DNA of 28,828 nucleotides from Macrostomum lignano (taxonomy: Eukaryota), in contig NIVC01005000.1 in the NCBI GenBank assembly GCA_002269645.1, forward strand, positions 1 through 28,828. Direction: 5' to 3'. The position numbers were made by a program, and so were the translations under genes. Shown here in pieces: positions 10,028 to 21,230 of this stretch. Position 1 is the first letter of the stretch, and each line of letters opens with the position of its first letter. Under the pieces are notes generated by a model. That model saw only the letters and a list, made by a program, of their open reading frames with translations. It searched no databases and had not been told where the DNA came from.

Positions 10028-10524
10028 ACTAAAGCAATGTACTTGCTTTCGGATTTGCCCCCGCAGTTAAGTTTTTTTTTATAAGCGGGGCTCGTTATTC
10101 CACGAAGCTATCAGCTGACCCATTTTCTTCATTTCTCTCCATTGTTATTCGTACATAATTTCAACAATAGTCGAGTCACGTGCTCTCGTTCGGGTAGGGT
10201 AATGCCTATTGGTAATGCGAGTTCTACAGACCCTAGTTATAGTTCGTAGTTTGATTTAGATAGAGAAGAAAGTTTAATACATTTTTGAATGTACATTTAC
10301 TAAATTTGTTTATATATCATACCAATACGTGGGTGGACTGTCTGACCTTGAAAAGAATTTCGTACGTACCCGTTGTTAGCCAACCAGTTAGCTGCTAGAT
10401 ACAGAGCTACAAACAGGGGGTAATGTACGACATATTCACACCCCATTAAGCGTTATACAGAAATCTATTTTAGTACTACCTACTAATTTGTTCTGAGTTT
10501 TATACATACATTGAAGCAAAATGG

Positions 10525-10944
10525 ATGTCACAAGTTTTTCTATCTAGTCATCATTCGGAAAGCACAACTCTATCTGCAAGCTCTGCCGTTGCGTCCAAGA
10601 TCATCGGAATATTCATGGCATTAAACTCGGCTGGCTTAACAGAGACGACAATCGTAGACGAAGGAATCGATGACAGCGCATCGTCTTCGTTGACTTCATC
10701 AACAGATTTGGGACACGGCAGCGAAGTCGACGACAGGGTCGGGAGCGGCGGCGCAGACCAGTGCGCCGTCACGAATCCTGCCAGCGTCCTGCCCGACGAG
10801 GAAGTGAGCTGGATGCTGTCCAACGACAGCGGCTTCGACCAGCCGCCGGAGGGTCAGACTAAGAAAAGTCTGGCTCGGCAGATTCTGCACTACATGGTCA
10901 AGAGCCGACGTAGGCATCGGCAGTCTTCGAGACCGACGGCGTGA
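10525..10944 (+). CDS. Unknown Ser/acidic protein exon, paralog 2 (139-aa ORF; true start may be a splice acceptor)
   Basis: Uninterrupted GC3-rich ORF, colinear with 2439-2878. Confidence 0.65.
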   Translation: MSQVFLSSHHSESTTLSASSAVASKIIGIFMALNSAGLTETTIVDEGIDDSASSSLTSSTDLGHGSEVDDRVGSGGADQCAVTNPASVLPDEEVSWMLSNDSGFDQPPEGQTKKSLARQILHYMVKSRRRHRQSSRPTA

Positions 10945-11849
10945 CACCAAAACGGAGAACTGATCTGCTGCGTTCCTAGAAATGGGACATCTGGTGCGAT
11001 CTCCGAACTTCGATTACCTTTGAACCTTGGAAACCCTCAAACCCTCAATGTTTATTCATTATTCGTAGGAGTGTACTTTAATCACGTGTTGTCTTTCTCT
11101 ACCAACCATTTAGGTCTGGCTTTAAAAATCTCGTTCAGTCTTTAGAATAAACTCTTTTGGTCATACCGTTTGAGTAATTCATTAACTCTCTGTACAAACT
11201 GTACATTCAGGCCAGCTGTACATACAAGTACGCTATACCAGGCGTCCGTCATTATGGTCTTGAAAGCGTATTTTGGGTGTTGTTTTCGTCGCTTTTTTGA
11301 CCAGCCGCTGTACAAATTTACCCCGACTTAGTCAGCTGACATTTTGCAATATGCCTGTTCCTGTTCATTTTACCGTCAACATATGGGCTTATATTTCATT
11401 TCAATTGAGTATTCTATAAGTTAATATTTTCCCTCAACCTACCTGCGACTCGTCCCTATTAAGTACGAAACTGTTGTCAATGCTTATCAGTTTGCATTCA
11501 AAATTCATTCGGGTCTCGTAATTCTGAGTGCAAATAAGTGTATATAGCATAATGCGTATCACGCTACTGAATTCATTTAAACGCTGTAGTTACTCGTACA
11601 TGGAGGACTTCATTTGACTATAATAAACTCTGATAAATAAGCTTTTCAGTTTGAATTTGTTTTAATTTCATGCGGAAGATACATGTAATGCAAAAACGTA
11701 AACGTTTGTTTATTTACAATCAATCATTTTTAAAACGCAATGGATGATAACAGGATATGGACAGTTGTATGGATATTTCAATGAATCGCCGAAAAAGATC
11801 TTGGCCTATTCAGTTCAATATGTTTCTTCTCAGCTTTTTGAGTAACCAG

Positions 11850-12159
11850 CCTCTGGCAGCTGGACGGCCGCTTCATCTGGGTCCAGCGCAGCTTGAGTCG
11901 CAACTGCAGCTGGCCGTTGAGCAGCTGCCAGACTCCGTGCAGCTCTGGAAACGCCGGCCTCTGGAAACACGTCGCCAGAATCGCGACGTCTTTGGCTTCG
12001 CGGCTGGGCCCGACGCCGCCAATGCTACAGAGCTCGAGTCGATGCCACGCCGTGTTCAGTGAGCTGCCGATGCTCCGAGACACCACGGCGGAGAGGCTTT
12101 GCGGCAGATGGGACAGCACTGAGTTGCTCATGTTCGCTGCTTTCTACAATAGTTTTTGA
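11850..12159 (+). CDS. Candidate terminal coding exon (LWQLDGRFIWVQRSLSRNCSWP...PCSSGNAGLWKHV...), possibly a degenerate C-type-lectin-like domain
   Basis: GC3-rich open frame 11842-12159; Trp/Cys spacing resembles the F-x-W ... W ... C ... G-x-W part of CTL domains, but the last two Cys are missing. Confidence 0.35.
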
Positions 12160-12559
12160 CTAACAATTTTGCCTTTTGCTTGCTACACTGGCTTTAAGAT
12201 ATAGCTGCAGCTTGCATAGATATGCAGTAATATGCAGTATCTGCGCAAGGGTATGTTCTATCCAACACGTGATAGCACGTGACAGTGCTAGCTATACAGC
12301 AACAACAATACTTTGCGCTTGAATTCTCATTCTATTGTACTTGATTCGTTGAGTAAGTGAGGTAGTTTCGAGTACTTGACATGTACTTCCTATACTAGTA
12401 GCAATCTAAATTTAAATTCGTTTAAAACGTAAGAGTGACGTTTCAGCCAAGGACTACCCTCAAGTAGAAGAATACTTACAAACAAAAAATATATTCCTAG
12501 TGGAAATGGAATAGTGAAATTAACAAGATACTATGAAAGCTATGATATAAACTGGCAAG

Positions 12560-12790
12560 CAGTGGCGGCGCAGGCGGGGGCAGAGGGGGCTGCTGCCCCC
12601 GGGTGACCACACTCCTACCCCCCTCCGTGGCGTGACCGACCATAATTTTTAGTGCGAAATCGTTATATGCGTTTTAGTGAGATTTTAGCGTAATAAAATG
12701 CGCTGCTCTAATTCTAAAAATTCGCTGGGGGGGTAACCATGACACCCAACCCCCCCCCCCCCCCAGATCAGAGGTGCTGCGCCGCTACTG
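12560..12790. mobile_element. hAT-type MITE, 231 bp
   Basis: TIRs CAGTGGCGGCGCAG / CTGCGCCGCTACTG (one mismatch); perfect 8-bp TSD CTGGCAAG at 12552-12559 and 12791-12798. Confidence 0.9.
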
Positions 12791-13190
12791 CTGGCAAGAC
12801 TTCTAATAGATCCTTTTATGTAACAACTCTAATCTGTCCAGAGTCTTTAGTTTTATGCAACACAATTAATGCTTAAGCCATTCTGCCAAAGCTGCAAGAG
12901 TCTGCAGTGTGTTTGCCAGTCAAAGCCTAATCTAACAGATTTCGCTTTTAACTGCAGGTCGACAACTAGTATTTGATCTAGTTTTAAGCTTCTTATGTCT
13001 TAATTATAAGGGAGGTTTTATTCGCCTGAGAATTTTAGACAAGATATAAAGAGAGCCACGTTAAGGCAGAATTTCAGAGTACAAGCTGCTATTTGCGGCA
13101 AACAGTTTGAAAGCTTTACGAGGTAAAGCAAATACGCTCGTACATAGCTGTAAAAACACAGCTACAAAATTTTTTATTAGCAATTCGCCT

Positions 13191-15145
13191 ATAGATTTCA
13201 GCCGGAGCCATAGACAGTATCAGATTAGCGATATATCTAAAGATTTCAGCCAGAGCCATAGTATCAGATTAGCAATATGTCTATAGATTTCAGCCAGAGC
13301 CATAGTAAATATCATATTAGCAATATGTCTATAGATTTGAGCCGGAGCCATAGACAGTATCAGATTAGCGATATATCTAAAGATTTCAGCCAGAGCCATA
13401 GTATCAGATTAGCAATATGTCTATAGATTTCAGCCAGAGCCATAGTAAATATCATATTAGCAATATGTCTATAGATTTGAGCCGGAGCCATAGACAGTAT
13501 CAGATTAGCGATATATCTAAAGATTTCAGCCAGAGCCATAGTATCAGATTAGCAATATGTCTATAGATTTCAGCCAGAGCCATAGTAAATATCATATTAG
13601 CAATATGTCTATAGATTTGAGCCGGAGCCATAGACAGTATCAGATTAGCAATATGTCTATAGATTTCAGCCGGAGCCATAGACAATATCAGATTAGCAAT
13701 GTGTCTATAGATTTAAGCCGGAGCCATAGACAATCTGATTAGCAATATGTTTATAGATTTCAGCCGGAGCCATAGACAATATCAGTTTAGCAATACGTCT
13801 ATAGATTTAAGTTTGAACCATAGACAATCAGATTAGCAATGTGTCTATAGATTTAAGCCGGAGCCATAGACAGTATCAGATTAGCAATATGTCTATAGAT
13901 TTCAGCCGGAGCCATAGTAAATATCATATTAGCAATATGTCTATAGATTTGAGCCGGAGCCATAGACAGTATCAGATTAGCAATATGTCTATAGATTTCA
14001 GCCGGAGCCATAGACAATATCAGATTAGCAATATGTCTATAGATTTAAGTTGGAACCATAGACAGTATCAGATTAGCAATATGTCTAGATTTAAGCCGGA
14101 GCCATAGACAATATCAGATTAGCAATATGTCTATGGATTTAAGTTGGAACCATAGACAGTATCAGATTAGCAATATGTCTATAGATTTCAGCCGGAGCCA
14201 TAGACAATATCAGATTAGCAATGTGTCTATAGATTTCAGCCGGAGCCATAGACAATCTGATTAGCAATATGTCTATAGATTTAAGTTGGAACCATAGACA
14301 GTATCAGATTAGCAATATGTCTAGATTTAAGCCGGAGCCATAGACAATATCAGATTAGCAATATGTCTATGGATTTAAGTTGGAACCATAGACAGTATCA
14401 GATTAGCAATATGTCTAGATTTAAGCCGGAGCCATAGACAATATCAGATTAGCAATATGTCTATGGATTTAAGTTGGAACCATAGACAGTATCAGATTAG
14501 CAATATGTCTATAGATTTCAGCCGGAGCCATAGACAATATCAGATTAGCAATGTGTCTATAGATTTAAGCCGGAGCCATAGACAATATCAGATTAGCAAT
14601 ATGTCTATAGATTTCAGCCGGAGCCATAGATAGTATCAGATTGGCAATATGTCTATAGATTTGAGCCGGAGCCATAGACAGTATCAGATTAGCAATATGT
14701 CTATGGATTTAAGCCGTAGCCATAGACAATATCAGATTAGCAATATGTCTATAGATTTCAGCCGTAGCCATAGACAATATCAGATTAGCAATATGTCTAT
14801 AGATTTCAGCCGGAGCCATAGACAGTATCAGATTAGCAATATGTCTATAGATTTCAGCCGGAGCCATAGACAGTATCAGATTAGCAATATGTCTATAGAT
14901 TTCAGCCAGAGCCATAGACAATATCAAATTACAATTCGCCTGTAGATTTCAGCCGGAGCCATAGACAGTATCAGATTAGCAATATGTCTATAGATTTCAG
15001 CCGGAGCCATAGACAGTATCAGATTAGCAATATGTCTATAGATTTCAGCCGGAGCCATAGACAGTATCAGATTAGCAATATGTCTATAGATTTCAGCCAG
15101 AGCCATAGACAATATCAAATTACAATTCGCCTGTAGATTTCAGCA
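13191..15145. repeat. Minisatellite, about 48-bp unit (ATAGATTTCAGCCGGAGCCATAGACAATATCAGATTAGCAATATGTCT), about 40 copies
   Basis: Directly visible; 140-bp higher-order period at the left end (GCGATATATCTAAAG at 13228, 13368, 13508). Confidence 0.97.
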
Positions 15146-15805
15146 GAGCATATTCAAGAATTTCCTACGAAATCTACTCTGCAATTACAGTGTAGGTGCA
15201 TAGAACTAGCTTGTATTTCCCAGGTGATTCTTGAAACACTGGCTCTCCTTATGACCCGGTGTAAAAAAAACAAAAATGAAAGTTGCTAACTAGCTTCCCG
15301 CAAGCATCTGTCTTGGGAGTTTTTTTGCAACAGACTCCGTACCCACAGCCACTGCAGCTTTTATTCATGCGAATCACTCTAGCTTGGTAGAAAAGAAATG
15401 CATGGAGCCTTCTCTCCAGCAATAGCTATACGCCTTCTTTTCCTAAAATGGAGTGAGTGAAACTGAGTGGGCTTCAAGCAGCTGCATCGCTTGCAGGGGC
15501 TTTTCAAACAAGTCGCTATATGGAGAAGTTTGCGACGCCTCTGCACTCCTCCTGCGCCATACAATGAGTGAATGAGTTTCGCTTTAACCCCTTCGTTCTT
15601 TCATTGCTGCATAGTACAGTCTCAATGATGCAAGCAACGATGTGCCTTGTATGTTAGTAACACATTAGCTTTCATGTTCTGCAAGAAAGTATCCGTATTT
15701 TCTACATCCTTGGATAGAATTTTAAACAGTTATTTGTCTTGACAACAAAATATACAGCTACCAGCGTAGGATATAATGCTTTTAGCTTGTGAGCTGAGTT
15801 TTTTT

Positions 15806-16790
15806 AGTAGGGATCTGAGTGTTTGAGTAGGAATCTGAGTGCTTGAGTGGGGATCTGAGTGCTTGAGTGGGGATCTGAGTGTTTGAGTAGGGATCTGAGT
15901 GCTTGAGTAGGGATCTGAGTGTTTGAGTAGGGATCTGAGTGTTTGAGTAGGGATCTGAGTGCTTGAGTAGGGATCTGAGTGCTTGAGTGGGGATCTGAAT
16001 GTTTGAGTAGGGATCTGAGTGTTTGAGTAGGGATCTGAGTGCTTGAGTAGGGATCTGAGTGTTTGACTAGGGATCTGAGTGTTTGAGTAGGGATCTGAGT
16101 GTTTGAGTAGGGATCTGAGTGTTTGAGTAGGGATCTGAGTGTTTGAGTAGGGATCTGAGTGTTTGAGTAGTGATCTGAGTGCTTGAGTAGGGATCTGAGT
16201 GTTTGAGTAGTGATCTGAGTGTTTGAGTAGGGATCTGAGTGCTTGAGTAGGGATCTGAGTGCTTGAGTGGGGATCTGAATGTTTGAGTAGGGATCTGAGT
16301 GTTTGAGTAGGGATCTGAGTGCTTGAGTAGGGATCTGAGTGTTTGACTAGGGATCTGAGTGTTTGAGTAGGGATCTGAGTGTTTGAGTAGGGATCTGAGT
16401 GTTTGAGTAGTGATCTGAGTGCTTGAGTAGGGATCTGAGTGTTTGAGTAGTGATCTGAGTGTTTGAGTAGGGATCTGAGTGTTTGAGTAGGGATCTGAGT
16501 GTTTGAGTAGGGATCTGAGTGTTTGAGTAGGAATCTGAGTGTTTGAGTAGTGATTCGAGTGTTTGAGTAGGGACTTGAGTGCTACTCAAGTCCAAGGAGT
16601 GTTTGAGTTCAAGGAGTGTTTGAGTAGTGATCCGAGTGTTTGAGTAAGGATCTGAGTGCTTGAGTAAGGATCTGAGTGCTTGAATAATGATTCGAGTGTT
16701 TGAGTAGGAATCTGAGTGTTTGAGTAGGGATCTGAGTGTTTGAGTAGGAATCTGAGTGTTTGAGTAGGGATCCGAGTGTTTGAGTAGGGA
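15806..16790. repeat. Minisatellite, 20-bp unit GAGTAGGGATCTGAGTGTTT, about 49 copies, decaying at the right end
   Basis: Directly visible 20-bp period. Confidence 0.97.
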
Positions 16791-18273
16791 ATATGGATGT
16801 TTCGGAAAAGTTCATATTTATTCAGCCCAAATGGTTTTCTTTACATTAAGTAAAAGCCGACTCACCTTTCACCCCGCTCCGCCCTTTCGTGCAATGTACA
16901 TCTGCTCGTACACTGGGCGCCCCACCCCCACGCGTCAATTTCTCTTCGCTTTATCTAAATAAATAAAGTCAAACCAGCCAGCGACCCGACCCAGAAGGCC
17001 TTTTTTGCTTTTTCTCAACAAACTCTAAAGAGAAAATCAATTGAGTCGTGTCAATTCAATTACAATGGAAAACTAAAGCAGGAATCAGCACTCGCAGATC
17101 GTGCAGGCTTCGCCGGAGGCCCGCTGCAAAACATTAACTAACAAAGAAAGTTTTCAGTTTTTTAACCTCTAAATTCCCTATAGCTTGCCGTCTGACCTTC
17201 CTAATTCCAAAGGAAGCAAGCATGTGCTTTGCCCAAAGTGCACTCACAAGTGTGGCAAGAAAAGAAGCGCTATTGGAGAGCGGCAACGCTCGAAATACAG
17301 TTGTGTTTTTAAACGGATTTTGCAAAGATCTGCTACTTTTTTTGCACACCTCTGAATGGAGGGGTTCCGCCATAGACAATTCTTTTTGTTTAATCTGCGT
17401 GCAGAATTGTCAATCTTGCACACTCAATCTTGCAGAATTGGTTTTGTCTATGGTTTAACCACACTGTCTATGAGTAAAATGGAATCAAATGAGAATGATA
17501 TTCATGTACACTGACTCGTGCGTCTATGGCAAAAAATATGCAGCGAAAACCGGCAGCCTCCGGCGAGCCATCGGGCTGCTTCCCCGTCAAGTTCAAGTGA
17601 TTGTTGGTGCGGCTTCAGCAAATCCACTACGGTGAAGTCACGCTTCCGCGATGGAAAACAGAAACAAAAGGCTTTCGGAGCGCGTAAAAAGCGCTAAAAA
17701 CTGTTTGAGCACTTCCCGAACCCGTGCCGGTCCATTGTCAGCATCCGGGGGCTTGACAATGCAATATGAAGTGGGCATGCAGGTTGACAGGTGAGAAATT
17801 TTCTGCCAATACATTTCTCGTAGCAACCAATTTGTTTCCCATCGGCTCAGTGCGGGTAACTCAAGTGCGCAAGGATTCACTTGTAAATGGGGATTGGGAA
17901 AGTGAACGCTGTGGGGCAGTGACATGCGAGTAGCGTCATAATCTGATACTCCGTGCTCGCCATCCAGCATCTGAGATTATCAGAACCCGGGTTTAAACTG
18001 CGATCAAACAGCTGCCCCCCCCCAAATGCATTAGTAAACTGTCAGCTCATTTTTGAAACAATCGATCAATGTTTCAGGATGCCAGAGTGTCTGGCAGAGG
18101 CCTTGTTTGACTAGCCCGCACGCCAAGCTGGCGCGCCTTCTCTTTGCACAGATGTCGCCCGGTTTCTGCCAGCTGCTTCACCGCGGACCCTGAGATTTTG
18201 AGGCGCGAGTTTGATGAGACCTTCGGGAAGCATTGGCTGGATTAAACCCACGGCTGCGGCTGAAGGCTAGTGT

Positions 18274-19070
18274 AGTGTGGGGAAGGTTGTGACATACATA
18301 GAGTGTGGGGAAGGGTGCAGTGTGACATAGAGTGTGGGGAAGGTTGTGACATACATAGAGTGTGGGGAAGGGTGTAACATAGAGTGTGGGGAAGGTTGTG
18401 CCATAGAGTGTGGGGAATGTTGTGCCATAGAGTGTGGGGAAGGTTGTGACATAGAGTGTGGGGAAGGTTGTGACATAGAGTGTGGGGAATGTTGTGACAT
18501 AGAGTGTGGGGAAGGTTGTGACATAGAGTGTGGGGAAGGTTGTGACATACATAGAGTGTGGGGAAGGTTGTGACATACAAAGAGTGTGTGGAAGGGTGTG
18601 ACATACATAGAGTGTGGGGAATGTTGTGACATAGAGTGTGGGGAATGTTGTGACATAGAGTGTGGGGAAGGGTGTGACATATAGAGTGTGGGGAAGGGTG
18701 TGACATAGAGTGTGGTTAAGGTTGTGACATAGAGTGTGGTTAAGGTTGTGACATAGAGTGTGGTTAAGGTTGTGACATATAGAGTGTGGTTAAGGTTGTG
18801 ACATAGAGTGTGGTTAAGGTTGTGACATAGAGTGTGGTTAAGGTTGTGACATATAGAGTGTGGTTAAGGTTGTGACATAGAGTGTGGTTAAGGTTGTGAC
18901 ATAGAGTGTGGTTAAGGTTGTGACATATAGAGTGTGGGGAAGGGTGTGACATATAGAGTGTGGGGAAGGGTGTGACATAGAGTGTGTGGAAGGGTGTGAC
19001 ATAGAGTGTGGGGAAGGTTGTGACATAGAGTGTGGAAAAGATTGTAGTGTAGCATAGAGTATGGGGAATG
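18274..19070. repeat. Minisatellite, 24-bp unit GACATAGAGTGTGGGGAAGGTTGT with 26/28-bp variants
   Basis: Directly visible; central block 18713-18920 uses GGTTAAGG instead of GGGGAAGG. Confidence 0.97.
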
Positions 19071-19434
19071 GTGGGCATGGTGTGTATGGGGAACAATGTG
19101 GCTTCCCAATATACTAGCCCTAGCTGTTGTAATTTTAGTCGAGAACGGGAGAGCAGTATGTTGCTGATGCAAGAGCAAGAATTATGAAGATGAAAAAACC
19201 CAAACCACACGGGCTGCATCCGTCTACCCAATAGGAGAACGGGGCCGAAGCTTTCCAGCCGCAGCTGGCAGACTCCGCTCTCATTTGTTGGCCCACAGGG
19301 TGGCGCGACCGGTAGCGCTAGCAGACTTATCCATCTTCATCGGCGCTGTTCCGGAGACCTGCCTCTCCCTCTGTCAACCTGGTTTTCAGACTGCTGAATT
19401 TTTTTAGTCCATCGTTGAGCCCCTAGCAACTAGC

Positions 19435-19551
19435 ATGGCTCACACTAGGCGACTGGCCCTCACTGCTGCTGCCTCTGCCATCCTGCTGATCGCCTGCTGC
19501 TGCACCGCCGACGCCTTCATCGGCATCATCGGCGGGAAGGGAAGGGGAGCG
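19435..19551 (+). CDS. First coding exon of a putative secreted protein (signal peptide MAHTRRLALTAAASAILLIACCCTADA followed by FIGIIGGKGRGA)
   Basis: ATG in GCATGG context; basic-hydrophobic-ADA signal peptide pattern; consensus donor GTGAGT at 19552-19557 (phase 0). Confidence 0.7.
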
Positions 19552-19559
19552 GTGAGTAC

Positions 19560-20374
19560 CAGGATCCCGATCTGGGATCGGGATCTGGGATCGGGATCTG
19601 GGATCGGGATCTGGGATCGGGATCTGGGATCGGGATCTGGGATCGGGATCTGGGATCGGGATCTGGGATCGGGATCTGGGATCGGGATCTGGGATCGGGA
19701 TCTGGGATCGGGATCTGGGATCGGGATCTGGGATCGGGATCTGGGATCGGGATCTGGGATCGGGATCTGGGATCGGGATCTGGGATCGGGATCTGGGATC
19801 GGGATCTGGGATCGGGATCTGGGATCGGGATCTGGGATCGGGATCTGGGATCGGGATCTGGGATCGGGATCTGGGATCGGGATCTGGGATCGGGATCTGG
19901 GATCGGGATCTGGGATCGGGATCTGGGATCGGGATCTGGGATCGGGATCTGGGATCGGGATCTGGGATCGGGATCTGGGATCGGGATCTGGGATCGGGAT
20001 CTGGGATCGGGATCTGGGATCGGGATCTGGGATCGGGATCTGGGATCGGGATCTGGGATCGGGATCTGGGATCGGGATCTGGGATCGGGATCTGGGATCG
20101 GGATCTGGGATCGGGATCTGGGATCGGGATCTGGGATCGGGATCTGGGATCGGGATCTGGGATCGGGATCTGGGATCGGGATCTGGGATCGGGATCTGGA
20201 TCGGGATCTGGGATCGGGATCTGGGATCGGGATCTGGGATCGGGATCTGGGATCGGGATCTGGGATCGGGATCTGGGATCGGGATCTGGGATCGGGATCT
20301 GGGATCGGGATCTGGGATCGGGATCTGGGATCGGGATCTGGGATCGGGATCTGGGATCGGGATCTGGGATCCTG
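19560..20374. repeat. Near-perfect 13-bp tandem array GGGATCTGGGATC, about 62 copies
   Basis: Directly visible; one 12-bp unit near 20191-20202; bounded by CAGGATCCC / GGGATCCTG. Confidence 0.98.
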
Positions 20375-20883
20375 ACCCTGAGCGTTGACGTCACCAGAAA
20401 GAGTGAAAAAAGAGGGAGTTTTTTCCTCTTTTCTGCCCCTGCGCCTCGGGGTGGAGGGTTGCAAAAAACCGGTACAGCCCTCGCCTCGGGTCCCGTGCGC
20501 GCAGAAAAAGGCGCCTTGAAAACCGAGTCGCACTCCATCTTTGCGGGCCTCATCCCGCTACTGAATATTGCATTTCCAGAAGCAGTCGAGTGGGAGGCCG
20601 GTGGTTCGTGAAAAACAAAACTCACGACGCGCATCCGGGATCTCGCAGCAGAGCAGCGCCAATTGTCCCCACCCAGCAGTTTTCTTTTCATTCTTCCGGC
20701 TTGTCGCCCCCAGCCCACCCCCTCGGATCCCCACCTCGGGCGTATCGACGAGGCAGGCATTGTTTTTCAATAATTTATCCCCGAGACCGGGAGCATTCCT
20801 CCGGCTGGCTGAGAAGGAAGCTGGGTGCTCAACTTGGGGTGGCAGCACGGCGGCAGCATGAGACGGAATTCACACCCCATCAG

Positions 20884-20915
20884 CTTCTCAGCCAGCTCTT
20901 GAAATCCGCCTACAG
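20884..20915 (+). CDS. Candidate 32-nt internal micro-exon (LLSQLLKSAY + AG)
   Basis: CATCAG acceptor and AG|GTATG donor; phase 0 to phase 2, which joins exon 19435-19551 to the acceptor at 26091 in frame. Inference only. Confidence 0.35.
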
Positions 20916-21230
20916 GTATGAATCAGGGGGGGAGGGCAGCCATGGCGGTGTTGACAGCGGCAATGCGTGAATACCTGCAAAAGTGATGATGCCCAGAGGC
21001 TGCCCCATAAATAATTTATCGATCGCCTGGCAGTTTTATGGAGAAGAGTTTCAGATTCATTTCGGCGGCTCGGCTGAAACTGATTGCGACTTCAGACAGA
21101 CAAACAGTATTTGAGAATTCCACCTGTGGGGCCGCTTGGCTGGCTTTTATGTCTACCGAATTTGCTGCATCTTTAATTCTCACCAAATCTCCTGCAGTCC
21201 TAGCTACGATCCCGATACTCCCTGACGCTG

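Noticed and set aside
421-12159. Paralogy between the GC-rich islands at 462-646 and 11850-12159
   Set aside because: The apparent QL-x-x-AV similarity is in a frame of the second island that lacks codon bias; the GC3-supported frames do not align.
17638-17970. 110-aa minus-strand ORF with SRW, reminiscent of the hAT transposase TRW motif
   Set aside because: A three-residue resemblance only; no other transposase motifs or TIRs.
18079-18245. Protein-like fragments (LARLLFAQMSPGFCQLLH / DPEILRREFDETFGKHWLD)
   Set aside because: Need two +1 frameshifts, opposite to the error pattern elsewhere, and match no family I recognise.
13191-19070. Possible CRISPR arrays, and the short ORFs in the 48-, 20- and 24-bp repeats
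   Set aside because: Units are head-to-tail with no unique spacers, there are no cas genes and the context is eukaryotic.
19423-20760. 317-445 aa ORFs on both strands (IWDRDLGSGSGIG and PDPDPRSRSQIPI repeats)
   Set aside because: These are translations of a stop-free 13-bp array; a consensus GTGAGT donor precedes the array, so it is most likely intronic.
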